From Candidatus Enterousia sp. (GTDB lineage: Bacteria > Pseudomonadota > Alphaproteobacteria > Rs-D84): a DNA stretch of 64,000 bases. The notes beneath the pieces were generated by a model. That model did no database searches. It saw only the letters and a list, made by a program, of their open reading frames with translations, and had not been told where the DNA came from. The stretch spans positions 1 to 64,000 of the forward strand of contig JAZLBQ010000026.1 of the NCBI GenBank assembly GCA_045613785.1. The letters run 5' to 3'. Positions 1 to 9,799 of the stretch are shown here, piece by piece. The translations under genes and the position numbers were made by a program. Numbering within the stretch: position 1 is the first letter of the stretch; each line of letters opens with the position of its first letter.

Positions 1-1659
1 GACCTGACGCAAGTTTGGTTCGTCCAGCATAATCTGAACCAGTCGATCCAAACCGAACGCACAACCACCGTGTGGCGGTGCACCATATTGGAATGCAGTA
101 TACATACCACCGAACTTTTCTTTTACAACATCTTCGCTGTACCCAGTGATATCAAAGCATTTCAACATAACTTCTGGGTTAAAGTTACGCAATCCACCAC
201 TGCAAATTTCTGCACCATTCAAGACCATATCAAACTGAGCGGCTTTGATTTCCAATGGATTTTTTGTATTTAATTCTTCCAATGTTGCCATCGGGAACGA
301 GAACGGATTATGTGTAAACGCAATACCTGTTGGTGATTCTTCATCTTCTTCAAAGAATGGGAATTCTTCAATCCAGCAGAATCTGAATTCTTTTTTATTT
401 ATCAAATTCAAATCTTCGCCTAACTTATTACGCAACTTACCTGCGGCCTTGGCTGCGGCGTTCTTTTCGTCGCACACAAAGAACAACGAAGAATTATCGC
501 CTGCAATTTCACGCAGTTTTGCAATACGTTCTGCATCTAATTTTTTTGCCACAGGTCCTTTTGCTTCTTCTGCAAAAACGATATATCCCAAACCACCCAG
601 ACCTAGTTCTTTGACTGCGAATTCACCCAGTTTATCGAACCAAGAACGTGGTTTATCTGCTGAATTAGGTGCAGGAATAGCACGAACAACACTGCCATTT
701 TCGACAGCATTTGCAAAGATACCAAAATCAGACCCACGGAATATTTCCGTCACATCACTGATAACAATAGGGTTACGCAAATCTGGCTTATCAGATCCAT
801 ACTTTAACATAGCCTCATCAAAAGGAATATGTGGAATTTCTGGGTGAATAATCGCATCTGGCACAAATTCACGGATCATTTCTGGCATCAATTTATTACC
901 CACCGCCTGAATATCTGGCAGGTCAACAAAGGACATTTCCAAATCCAACTGATAGAATTCCAGCAATCTGTCTGCACGCAAATCTTCATCACGGAAGCAA
1001 GGTGCAATCTGGAAATAGCGGTCAAAACCAGAAATCTGAATAAACTGCTTAAACTGCTGTGGTGCCTGTGGCAATGCATAGAACATACCATGATGATTAC
1101 GACTTGGCACGATAAAATCACGAGCCCCTTCTGGGCTAGACGCTGTCAAAATAGGTGTCTGGAATTCTGAAAAACCCATACCCCACATTTTATCACGAAT
1201 AAACTTCATCACCCGATTGCGGAACAAGATATTTTTATGCAAACTTTCACGACGCAAATCGATATAACGATATTTCAATCTTAAATCTTCGGCCACAGAA
1301 TCATCATCGCCAAAAACCTGGAACGGCAGAACATCAGCATTAGTCAACACCTCAAAAGATTCAGCCTGAATTTCGATACCACCTGTTGGGATTTTATCGT
1401 TCACGGCGGCGGCATCACGTGCCACAACCTTTCCCACTACTTTAATCACAGATTCTGGACGCACTTTTTCCAGTGCTTCATTTCCGCCATCAAAAACAAT
1501 CTGTGTAATACCATAATTATCACGCAGGTCAACAAACAACAAAGCCCCGTGATCACGTTTACGATGCACCCACCCCGACAAAACAACAGTTTCGCCAACG
1601 TTTTGTGTGTTCAGTTCACCACACGTATGTGTTCTATACTTTGATTTCAAAGATAACAT
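1..1659 (-). CDS. aspS: aspartate--tRNA ligase (3' end runs off the window)
   Basis: Not in the ORF track because it has no stop in the window. Minus-strand translation from ATG 1659: MLSLKSKYRTHTCGEL...LSGWVHRKRDHGALLFVDLRD...LRLKYRYIDLRR...QIAPCFRDEDLRADR...PPHGGCAFGLDRL, which are class II AspRS motifs. Confidence 0.96.
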   Translation of the reverse strand, partial: MLSLKSKYRTHTCGELNTQNVGETVVLSGWVHRKRDHGALLFVDLRDNYGITQIVFDGGNEALEKVRPESVIKVVGKVVARDAAAVNDKIPTGGIEIQAESFEVLTNADVLPFQVFGDDDSVAEDLRLKYRYIDLRRESLHKNILFRNRVMKFIRDKMWGMGFSEFQTPILTASSPEGARDFIVPSRNHHGMFYALPQAPQQFKQFIQISGFDRYFQIAPCFRDEDLRADRLLEFYQLDLEMSFVDLPDIQAVGNKLMPEMIREFVPDAIIHPEIPHIPFDEAMLKYGSDKPDLRNPIVISDVTEIFRGSDFGIFANAVENGSVVRAIPAPNSADKPRSWFDKLGEFAVKELGLGGLGYIVFAEEAKGPVAKKLDAERIAKLREIAGDNSSLFFVCDEKNAAAKAAGKLRNKLGEDLNLINKKEFRFCWIEEFPFFEEDEESPTGIAFTHNPFSFPMATLEELNTKNPLEIKAAQFDMVLNGAEICSGGLRNFNPEVMLKCFDITGYSEDVVKEKFGGMYTAFQYGAPPHGGCAFGLDRLVQIMLDEPNLRQV

Positions 1660-1661
1660 TT

Positions 1662-1828
1662 TGGTCCCTTTTTTATTTTGGGCAACGAATTCAAGATTGT
1701 AATTCGGCACCCGATTTAATTGTTAAACTTCAGGGGCGCAAGTCTATAATGGCTGCGCGGTGCCACCCTGATTTATAACTTTCATAAAAAAATCGCACTC
1801 CGTGGTTGTCAGGCACATCATCGCACTA
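1662..1828 (-). promoter_or_regulatory. T-box riboswitch-like leader of aspS (Asp specifier GAC)
   Basis: Minus strand AAAUCAGGG-UGGCACC-GCGCA...UGCGC-CCCUG is a canonical antiterminator (1731-1774). Upstream short Stem I GCGAUGAU-GUG-CCUGACAAC-CAC-GGAGUGC has GAC at 1808-1810. Confidence 0.85.
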
Positions 1829-1913
1829 AATTTTTTTCAATATCCTGATATTATTCTATAAAAATCCTATTTGCAATAAAAAGTTATCAGCATCTGCCCC
1901 AAGATTATTACAG

Positions 1914-2016
1914 AATAAAAGATAATGGCGTAGATATAAGTGAAAGAGTCAACGTAGTGTACTTAACGCTACATGAGTTGACACTCACGCTTATAGATAC
2001 GCCATTAGATTTTATT
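1914..2016. repeat. AGAT-mismatch palindromic element, copy 1 (3' of trxB)
   Basis: AATAAA-AGAT-AATGGCGT-AGAT-ATAAGTG..GTCAAC-GTAGTGTACTTAACGCTACATGA-GTTGAC..CGCTTAT-AGAT-ACGCCATT-AGAT-TTTATT nested inverted repeat. Confidence 0.85.
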
Positions 2017-2914
2017 ATAATTTGTTCAAGAATGCGACTGCATCCATACCCGCTGTGCAGCCTGTTCCGACAGCTGTTGCAATCTGCATTTTTATATTAC
2101 TGTGAACATCACCAGCAACAAAGATACCATCTGGTAAATTTTCTGGTGCCAAACGCCCCAACGAATCCCGCTTGATATCTTCGGACAAATAATCTGTGTT
2201 TGCCTCATGCCCGATGGCAACAAAGACCCCATCAACAACCATTTCATTGCCATCTGTTGTTGTTACAATCAGTTCACCATCATTAGAATCCGGCTTTGCG
2301 GCGATTTTTGCCAAGTCTGTATTAAACAAGCATTCAATATTTTCACGAGCCTCGACCCGTTCACGCAACACCGCCTCTGCCCTGGTAAACGCCCCCTTGC
2401 GATATACAATTTTAACAGTTTTTGCCAAATCAGCCAGATACAAAGCATCATTTAATGCACTGTTTCCGCCGCCTAAAACAATAACTGTCTTTCCGCTGTA
2501 AAAGAATCCATCACACGTCGCACAATAAGACACGCCACGCCCCATAAATTCACGAGCCCCTTCTATTTCCAGTTTTCTTGGGCTTGCTCCTGTTGCAACG
2601 ATGACTGTGCGACCTTGATATTCTGTTCCATTATCTGCAACAACAACAAATCCATTATTTGCATTACCAGAAACGCTTTTTGCAGATACAAATTCGACCT
2701 GTGCACCAAATGTTTCGCATTGATTTTTCATAAACTGTGCCAGTTCCAAACCACTACCTGCCCAACCTGGATAATTCTCCAAAACTGCGATACCTGCGGT
2801 CTGTCCACCCAAACGATCACCACCTAAAACGATAGTTTTTTTATTTGCACGTGCCGTATATAACGCCGCTGTCAACCCTGCGGGTCCAGACCCTAAAATA
2901 ATAACATCATACAT
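2015..2914 (-). CDS. trxB: thioredoxin-disulfide reductase
   Basis: MYDVIILGSGPAGLTAA FAD motif, CATCDG redox centre, GGGNSA NADPH motif. Start moved to ATG 2914, which follows an AAGGAAGG SD. Confidence 0.93.
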   Translation of the reverse strand: MYDVIILGSGPAGLTAALYTARANKKTIVLGGDRLGGQTAGIAVLENYPGWAGSGLELAQFMKNQCETFGAQVEFVSAKSVSGNANNGFVVVADNGTEYQGRTVIVATGASPRKLEIEGAREFMGRGVSYCATCDGFFYSGKTVIVLGGGNSALNDALYLADLAKTVKIVYRKGAFTRAEAVLRERVEARENIECLFNTDLAKIAAKPDSNDGELIVTTTDGNEMVVDGVFVAIGHEANTDYLSEDIKRDSLGRLAPENLPDGIFVAGDVHSNIKMQIATAVGTGCTAGMDAVAFLNKL

Positions 2915-3164
2915 AAGATACCTTCCTTTTGTTTTCCCCAGCATAACACAAGGCATAAATTCACGCAAACAAAAACAGCACAATGAAATTATTGCAAATA
3001 ACAACTAATTGTTTTATAATTAGCACTGAAATGTTTTTAAGTTTTACATTTTCATCATCATTTTCTTCATCCCCTTTTGGGGAATAAAATATTTGCAATT
3101 TTCATATAACATCATAATATCATAACTAAATATAAATTTATAACAAACCCAAGGAAAGACAACA

Positions 3165-4442
3165 ATGTTGGATATAAAATTTATTCGTGAAAACCCAGAC
3201 GCAATAAAAAAAGCCTGTGAATTAAAGGGTTTTGATGACCACACCGATGAAATTTTAGCACTGGACGCCCGTGTTCGTGAATTAAAGACAATCACCCAGT
3301 CCAAGACCGCAGAAAAGAATAAAATTACACGTGAAATTCCAACAGCAACGGACAAAGCCCCATTGATTGCACGTTCACGTGAAATAGGTGCAGAAATTGC
3401 GGCTGACCTGGATGAACTGGCCAACAAAGAGACACAATTAAACGACCTGATGCACCGTGTTCCACAAATTCCATCAGCTGACGCCCCTATTGGTCGTGAC
3501 GACAGTGAAAATATAGAAGTCCGCCGTGTTGGCACGCCACGTGAATTTGATTTTACCCCACGTCCACAGTGGGAATTGCTGGAAATGAACGGCTGGTGGA
3601 AACCAGAAAAGATTGCATCTATCTGTGGAACACGCACCTATGCCCTGTTTGGCGAAGCCGCAGAACTGGAATTGGCGATTCAAACCTATGTATTACAAAA
3701 ACTGATAGCCAAAGGTTTTACATTTGTAAACTGCCCATCGATTACAAAGCCACAAACAATCTTTAACGCAGGGCACTTTATGGGTGCGGACCAATCAGTT
3801 ATGGCAAACGACGTATTTATGCTGACAGACACTGATCGTTGCCTGGCTGGGACTGCTGAAATTATCCTAAATTCTCTGCACAGTGATGAAGTCTTAAATG
3901 AAAAAGACCTGCCAATCAAATACGCAGGATTTTCGCCATGCTTCCGCAAAGAAGCCGGTGCTGCTGGTCGTGACACCCGTGGAATCGTGCGTATTCACCA
4001 ATTTAACAAGGTTGAACAATACATCTATTGCACACCTGAACAATCAGACGAAATGCACGAACATTTGTTAAATAATTTATGTGAAGTCATGGCAGACCTG
4101 GAATTACCATACCGTGTAATTGCGGCCTGCACTGGCGACATGGGCTTTAACAAAATCAAGATGCACGACGTAGAAGCCTGGTTTCCAAGTGAAAACACAT
4201 ATCGTGAACTTGGTTCATGTTCATCGATTGGTCAATTCCAGGCTCGTCGCACAAACACACGCTATCGTGATAAAAATGGCAACATGCAGTTCTGTGCAAC
4301 CCTGAACAACACAGGTATTGCCCTGCCCCGTGCGATTGTGCCAGTAATTGAAAATCACCAAAACCCAGACGGTTCTGTAAACATACCAAAATGCTTACAA
4401 GCCTTGATGGGCGGTCGCACAAAAATTGGTGGCAAACACTAA
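3165..4442 (+). CDS. serS: serine--tRNA ligase
   Basis: MLDIKFIRENPD N-terminus, GTAE, FRKEAGAAGRDTRGIVRIHQFNKVE, ELGSCS, TLNNTG motifs. Confidence 0.96.
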   Translation: MLDIKFIRENPDAIKKACELKGFDDHTDEILALDARVRELKTITQSKTAEKNKITREIPTATDKAPLIARSREIGAEIAADLDELANKETQLNDLMHRVPQIPSADAPIGRDDSENIEVRRVGTPREFDFTPRPQWELLEMNGWWKPEKIASICGTRTYALFGEAAELELAIQTYVLQKLIAKGFTFVNCPSITKPQTIFNAGHFMGADQSVMANDVFMLTDTDRCLAGTAEIILNSLHSDEVLNEKDLPIKYAGFSPCFRKEAGAAGRDTRGIVRIHQFNKVEQYIYCTPEQSDEMHEHLLNNLCEVMADLELPYRVIAACTGDMGFNKIKMHDVEAWFPSENTYRELGSCSSIGQFQARRTNTRYRDKNGNMQFCATLNNTGIALPRAIVPVIENHQNPDGSVNIPKCLQALMGGRTKIGGKH

Positions 4443-4445
4443 ATT

Positions 4446-4475
4446 AAAAATCCCGCATTTTGCGGGATTTTTTTT
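4446..4475. terminator. bidirectional intrinsic terminator
   Basis: AAAAATCCCGCA-TTT-TGCGGGATTTTTTT between convergent serS and an ORFan. Confidence 0.85.
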
Positions 4476-4926
4476 ATCGTTGAAACATTTGTGCAACTTT
4501 TTTAAATGGACGCACCAGAACACTTGATTTTTGTAAATCTAGCAAGTTATTCAAACGCTTTGATTCTTCAATAATCTTCTTGGCCTGGCGTGCATTTTTA
4601 TCACCTGTAAACCAGTGATCAACATAAACAGAAAAATTATGAAACATAACATACAGTTCATGATCACAACTAGCACCTAAAATCCCTTCTACATCATCAA
4701 TTATTTTATCCGAAACAGATTTTTTACCAGCCTTATCTTTATAGGCCTCTAATGCAATACGTGGTCTTTTTATAATCAAGTCAATATTTTCCATTGATTT
4801 TTTTACATCTGCTTGGCTTTTTGGCAAAGAATGCTTTTTCAAAGAAATTTCCGCCAATTTTTTTAATGCAACAAAAGCTGACTTTACAGCCAAAAACACC
4901 TCTGCATCTGAATAACTATTAGTCAT
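4474..4926 (-). CDS. hypothetical protein (ends ...QMFQR)
   Basis: 150 aa ORF with AAGGAG SD. No recognisable motif. Confidence 0.75.
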   Translation of the reverse strand: MTNSYSDAEVFLAVKSAFVALKKLAEISLKKHSLPKSQADVKKSMENIDLIIKRPRIALEAYKDKAGKKSVSDKIIDDVEGILGASCDHELYVMFHNFSVYVDHWFTGDKNARQAKKIIEESKRLNNLLDLQKSSVLVRPFKKVAQMFQR

Positions 4927-4990
4927 TTAAAACTCCCTTTACTTTTGCTATTATTATAACACAAAAAAAATGCCCAATTGGGCATTTTTA

Positions 4991-5425
4991 TTATTTCTGA
5001 TTTACCTTTACTGCAAAACTTTTGCCCGTTCTAAACAAAAAGGTTAAATCTTTAAACAAATTTGTTGAGTTTTTATATTTAATTGCACGCAACATTTCTA
5101 ACAACGTTTCCTGTGCTCCTTTACGATAATAATCGTATTCACTGCCCAAATTTTGGATTGCATGCAAAACACGATTGTATATCAAATAGACAGAATTATC
5201 CAATGATGTTGGCATAAAAGCATCAGGCCAAATTTCAACTCCCATTTTCACACGATAATCATAGTCCGCATATTGCTTTGGGTTTTCAGCAATCTTTGAA
5301 ACCGCAGCGATTGCAGTCTTGATTCTTCCAAGTTCGATTTCATCTTTTGCTTTATTTTTACGTCTTTCCAAGAAAACAATAATTTCCTTAAAAAACTCTT
5401 TTAATGTTGCATCATAATCTATCAT
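4991..5425 (-). CDS. hypothetical protein (ends ...KVNQK)
   Basis: 144 aa ORF followed by a terminator-like hairpin (AAAATGCCCAATTGGGCATTTT). Confidence 0.75.
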   Translation of the reverse strand: MIDYDATLKEFFKEIIVFLERRKNKAKDEIELGRIKTAIAAVSKIAENPKQYADYDYRVKMGVEIWPDAFMPTSLDNSVYLIYNRVLHAIQNLGSEYDYYRKGAQETLLEMLRAIKYKNSTNLFKDLTFLFRTGKSFAVKVNQK

Positions 5426-5434
5426 TTTTTACCC

Positions 5435-6007
5435 CTATCGTTGATATTTTATGTCATACATAAACTGCTTTACTTGTTTCATAACGGGTTTTGCAGACTG
5501 CACCTGGGCCAAGGCAACCAAACGTTGTGATTGCGCAATAATTTTTTCCGCATCCACATTTGCCGCACATTGAATTGTTGCATCCTTAGACGTGCGTCCA
5601 TATTCCCAACGCTGAACAGAATTACATAAATTATAAAACTCTGAATGTAAATCACCGTTTTTTACCGCCCCAAAGAATCCATCCATCTTGCCCAATGCTA
5701 CTTCGGCCGGACCGTGAACAATATAGAACGCAAACTGCGCATCTTCTGGGGCAACATTATTTTCCTTGACCCAGGCATCTGCACGCCCCAGCCACGCCTG
5801 CCAGGTTTTACTGCGTGAAAAATGTTCATCTGGATTTCTTGCAATATTACGCAATTGAACCATTGAACGACCCGCAGCATAGCGTTCATCAACCAGCGTG
5901 CGTTTCCAATTCTTTCTTAATTCGGCACGAAACAAAGAAACCAAACTTTCAAAGCCCCGCTTTATCGCCAAACGAACATCTTGCTCTGTGAACTTCTGCA
6001 CCATCAT
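5435..6007 (-). CDS. hypothetical protein (ends ...IKYQR)
   Basis: Start moved to MMVQKF (6007), which follows an AAGGAGG SD. Confidence 0.75.
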   Translation of the reverse strand: MMVQKFTEQDVRLAIKRGFESLVSLFRAELRKNWKRTLVDERYAAGRSMVQLRNIARNPDEHFSRSKTWQAWLGRADAWVKENNVAPEDAQFAFYIVHGPAEVALGKMDGFFGAVKNGDLHSEFYNLCNSVQRWEYGRTSKDATIQCAANVDAEKIIAQSQRLVALAQVQSAKPVMKQVKQFMYDIKYQR

Positions 6008-6159
6008 TTTGCCTCCTTTTGTTATCTCTTTATAACACCCACACTTACAAATATAGACAAAACACAACAAATGTCAATATTTTCTCATAAAAAAGTTGAA
6101 AATTCATAATTTTAGTTATACCCTATACCTGATAAACAAAAATGCAAACAGGATAACAA

Positions 6160-7992
6160 ATGAAAATACGTAACATTGCAATTATTGCACACGTTGACCA
6201 CGGGAAAACGACCTTGGTTGACAACATGTTAAAACAAGCCGGCACTTTCCGTGAAAACGAACGTGTCGAAGAACGTGTTATGGACAGTGGCGACATTGAA
6301 CGTGAACGTGGCATTACCATTTCTGCCAAGCCTACATCAATCCAGTGGGGCGAATACAAAATCAACATTGTTGACACACCTGGGCACGCGGACTTTGGTG
6401 GCGAAGTAGAACGTATTTTATCAATGGTTGACGGTGTTGTTCTGTTGGTTGACAGTGCCGAAGGTCCACTACCACAAACAAAATTCGTATTATCCAAGGC
6501 ATTAAAACTGGGACTACGTCCAATTGTTTGCATAAACAAAGTTGACCGTGGCGATGCCCGCCCAGACGAAGTCTTATCAGAAACATTTGACCTGTTTGAT
6601 AAACTTGGTGCAACTGATTCCCAACTAGATTTCCCATATTTGTATTCTGTTGGTCGTGATGGTTGGGCTGTTCGTGATTTGAACGACGAACGCAAAGACC
6701 TAACACCATTATTCCAATTGATTGTTGACCACGTTCCTGCACCTGATTGCGGTGGCAGTCGCTGTCAACTGGACGCACCATTTACAATGCTGGCAACAAC
6801 ATTGGAAGCAGACCCATACGTTGGCCGTATTTTAACAGGCAAGATTGAATCAGGCACTGTTCGTGTTGGTCAATCGGTCAAAGCAATCAATCGCAACGGT
6901 GAATTTATCGAAAATGCCAAGATTACAAAAATCATCGAACACCGTGGTGTTGAAAAGATTTCTCGTGATTGTGCATCTGCTGGCGACATTGTAGTTATTG
7001 CTGGTTTTTCCAAAGCAACTGTTGCGGACACATTGTGTGATCCATCTGTCAACGAACCAATTCCAGCAATGCCAATTGATCCACCAACCCTGACGATGAC
7101 ATTTTTTGTAAACACATCACCATTGGCTGGTAAATCAGGCAAGAAATTGACATCACGTATGATTGGCGAACGCCTATTCAAAGAAGCAGAAACAAACATT
7201 GCGTTGCGTGTTGAACAAAGTGAAAACAACGAAGCATTCGAAGTATCTGGTCGTGGTGAATTGCAACTAGGCATTTTGATTGAAACAATGCGTCGTGAAG
7301 GATTTGAATTATCGGTATCTCGACCACGTGTTGTTATGCAGACAGACGAAAACGGCAACCGCCTAGAACCAATCGAAGACGTTGTGATTGACGTTGACGA
7401 CGAATTCAGCGGTGTTGTTATTGAAAAAATGACTAAACGCAAGGCCACAATTTCTGAAATGAAGGCATCTGGTGCTGGCAAAACCCGCATTGTATTTTCT
7501 GCCCCATCACGTGGTCTGATTGGATATTTATCAGAATTCCGCACAGACACCCGTGGCACAGGCATTATGAACCGTGTATTTGATAAATACGACATCTATC
7601 GTGGTCCAATACAACAATACCGTCCTGGCGTGTTGGTTTCCATGGAAAAAGGTTCTGCTGCGACATACGCACTATTTAACTTGCAGCCACGTGGAACGCT
7701 GTTCATCGATCCCCAGACCGAAGTTTACTCTGGTATGATTATCGGCGAACACAGCAAAGAAAACGACCTAGAAGTAAATCCGATAAAAGGTAAAGAATTG
7801 ACGAACATGCGTTCTGTTACCGCAGACGAAAAATTATTCCTAGCACCTCCACGTCGTATTTCTTTGGAAGAAGCCTTGTCCTATATCCTAGACGACGAAT
7901 TGGTTGAAATCACACCTGACACAATTCGCTTACGTAAAAAGGAACTGGACAGCAACACACGTAAAAAACTGAAAAAACACGTTGAAGAATAA
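6160..7992 (+). CDS. typA: translational GTPase TypA/BipA
   Basis: RNIAIIAHVDHGKTTLVD, ERERGITI, DTPGHADFGGEVER, GRGELQL, C-terminal DDELVEITP..IRLRK. Confidence 0.97.
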   Translation: MKIRNIAIIAHVDHGKTTLVDNMLKQAGTFRENERVEERVMDSGDIERERGITISAKPTSIQWGEYKINIVDTPGHADFGGEVERILSMVDGVVLLVDSAEGPLPQTKFVLSKALKLGLRPIVCINKVDRGDARPDEVLSETFDLFDKLGATDSQLDFPYLYSVGRDGWAVRDLNDERKDLTPLFQLIVDHVPAPDCGGSRCQLDAPFTMLATTLEADPYVGRILTGKIESGTVRVGQSVKAINRNGEFIENAKITKIIEHRGVEKISRDCASAGDIVVIAGFSKATVADTLCDPSVNEPIPAMPIDPPTLTMTFFVNTSPLAGKSGKKLTSRMIGERLFKEAETNIALRVEQSENNEAFEVSGRGELQLGILIETMRREGFELSVSRPRVVMQTDENGNRLEPIEDVVIDVDDEFSGVVIEKMTKRKATISEMKASGAGKTRIVFSAPSRGLIGYLSEFRTDTRGTGIMNRVFDKYDIYRGPIQQYRPGVLVSMEKGSAATYALFNLQPRGTLFIDPQTEVYSGMIIGEHSKENDLEVNPIKGKELTNMRSVTADEKLFLAPPRRISLEEALSYILDDELVEITPDTIRLRKKELDSNTRKKLKKHVEE

Positions 7993-8089
7993 ACCCTGGC
8001 CCCCATTTGGGGGCTTATTTTATAACCAATCATAACCTTGCAAAAGATTCATAGCTATTATAATATATCAACATACAGGAATCGAAAAT

Positions 8090-8938
8090 ATGTCTAAAAA
8101 GCGTTTGTTTTTATTTGCTGGCTATAACAAATCTGGTGTAATCGACCCTGCATTGATTCACTATGTAAAGTCCCTATCTGAATTTGGCGATATTGCTTTG
8201 GTTATGGATTCAGACTGTCCTGATTCTGAATTATCGAAACTTGATAAATATTGCCTATTTGCATCTGGCGAACGCCACGGCGAATACGATTTCGGATCTT
8301 ACAAGCGTGCATATCAGTGGGCAACTGAAAACCTGAACATTTCAGAATATGATTTTGTATATCTGGTCAACGATTCCGTCTATGGGCCATTATATGACAT
8401 GCTCCCATACTTTAATGAAATGGAATCATTTGGCACAGACGCATTTGGCATTGTAAAAAATCCAAAGCCTGACCACCCGCATATTCAATCTTGGTTTATC
8501 GGTTTACGCAAGTCAGTATTTTTAACTGATTGGTTTGATAAATTTATCCGCAGTATATCCAAACAACCGTCCAAAGGACTAATAACCAAGATATACGAAC
8601 ACGGTTTATCAAAACTAATAACCCAAAACAACCTGACCTGGAAATGCCTATATACGGTAAAGAACAGGGGAGTTTATAACAAGGTAAAAAAACTTTACAA
8701 TATGAAAATGCCTTTTATGAAAAAGCTTGCATTTTCACGCCACAACGGCACCCTGGGTCGCCAGATTTTATATGTCTTGCGTCGCCTTGATGACGATGTT
8801 CGGATTGCAATTTTAATATCTGCACGTGGCCAATACGGTTCAAAATATATTGATTGGTTGCTAACCAACAACCCAATAAAAATATTTATCAGACAAATAA
8901 AGCACATAACCCAAAAAATTTGTTCGAGGCAACTATGA
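8090..8938 (+). CDS. rhamnan synthesis F (RgpF)-like glycosyltransferase
   Basis: LFLFAGY, YDFGSYKRAY, LVNDSVYGPL, HIQSWF, YEHGLS motifs. Confidence 0.75.
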   Translation: MSKKRLFLFAGYNKSGVIDPALIHYVKSLSEFGDIALVMDSDCPDSELSKLDKYCLFASGERHGEYDFGSYKRAYQWATENLNISEYDFVYLVNDSVYGPLYDMLPYFNEMESFGTDAFGIVKNPKPDHPHIQSWFIGLRKSVFLTDWFDKFIRSISKQPSKGLITKIYEHGLSKLITQNNLTWKCLYTVKNRGVYNKVKKLYNMKMPFMKKLAFSRHNGTLGRQILYVLRRLDDDVRIAILISARGQYGSKYIDWLLTNNPIKIFIRQIKHITQKICSRQL

Positions 8939-9795
8939 CAAACCACACCACAAAATCAACGCCAACCAAACGCATTGCTGCGATAACAATGGCTCGCAAT
9001 GATGAATTCTTTTTATCCCGTTGGATAACATATTACGGCAACCAGATTGGCACAGAAAACTTATACATCTATCTGGACGGCACAGACCAAGAAATTCCTG
9101 AAAATTCTGGTTCTACCCACATAACAAAATTACCCCACACTGATATGTCACGCAGTGCTGGCGACAAATACCGTATTGGAAAAATGTCCGACCTGGCGTC
9201 CAGTTTATTTGCCCAAGGCTATGACATTGTAATCGGTTGTGATTGTGATGAATTTTTAATTGTTGACCCTGCCCTGAACACAACACTGGCAGAATACTTA
9301 TCAAACACCAAGATTCATACAACCTTGTCTGGTTTAGGTCTGGACATTGGTCAACATATGAAGCTGGAACAACCACTCGATACAACTAAACCATTTCTAG
9401 ACCAACGTGAATATGCATTATTATCAACCCGCTATACCAAGCCCGTTGTAATAAACCGTCCTGTTCGCTGGGGCAGCGGTTTTCACAGCATAAACGGTCA
9501 TAATTTTCACATTGATAAAAACCTGTATTTATTGCACTTTGGTGCGGTTGATATGGATATGCTGGTAGCCAAGGCGGCTAACCGTGGTCCGGACTGGGTA
9601 AACCACCTTCGTCGTCGTGGCAACGGCACAATAAACGCTGTTACAAATTCCACAGCCCACAATGAAAACTGGTTAAAAATTGCCCGCATAATGCAACGAA
9701 TTTTCCGCCCAATATATGCACTGGACAAACCCGGAATGTTAGGCCTAAAACCAATTGTTAAAATTCCACAACGCTTTAAAAAATCAAAGGTATAA
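8935..9795 (+). CDS. glycosyltransferase family 2-like protein
   Basis: IAAITMARND..FLSRWITYY, DCDEFL (DxD), WGSGFH. ATGA overlap with the upstream gene. Confidence 0.75.
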   Translation: MTNHTTKSTPTKRIAAITMARNDEFFLSRWITYYGNQIGTENLYIYLDGTDQEIPENSGSTHITKLPHTDMSRSAGDKYRIGKMSDLASSLFAQGYDIVIGCDCDEFLIVDPALNTTLAEYLSNTKIHTTLSGLGLDIGQHMKLEQPLDTTKPFLDQREYALLSTRYTKPVVINRPVRWGSGFHSINGHNFHIDKNLYLLHFGAVDMDMLVAKAANRGPDWVNHLRRRGNGTINAVTNSTAHNENWLKIARIMQRIFRPIYALDKPGMLGLKPIVKIPQRFKKSKV

Positions 9796-9799
9796 AAAT

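Noticed and set aside
70-1170. Plus-strand ORFs of 67, 200 and 113 aa
   Set aside because: They are antisense shadows of aspS, which the track missed. The same applies to the many antisense ORFs over serS, typA, gyrB, lpxK and others.
1914-2016. SECIS-like role for the hairpin 3' of trxB
   Set aside because: There is no in-frame TGA in trxB or the other flanked genes, and the tandem G.A lies on the non-transcribed strand.
3005-3164. Second T-box upstream of serS
   Set aside because: The short AT-rich divergent promoter region has no UGGNACC motif.
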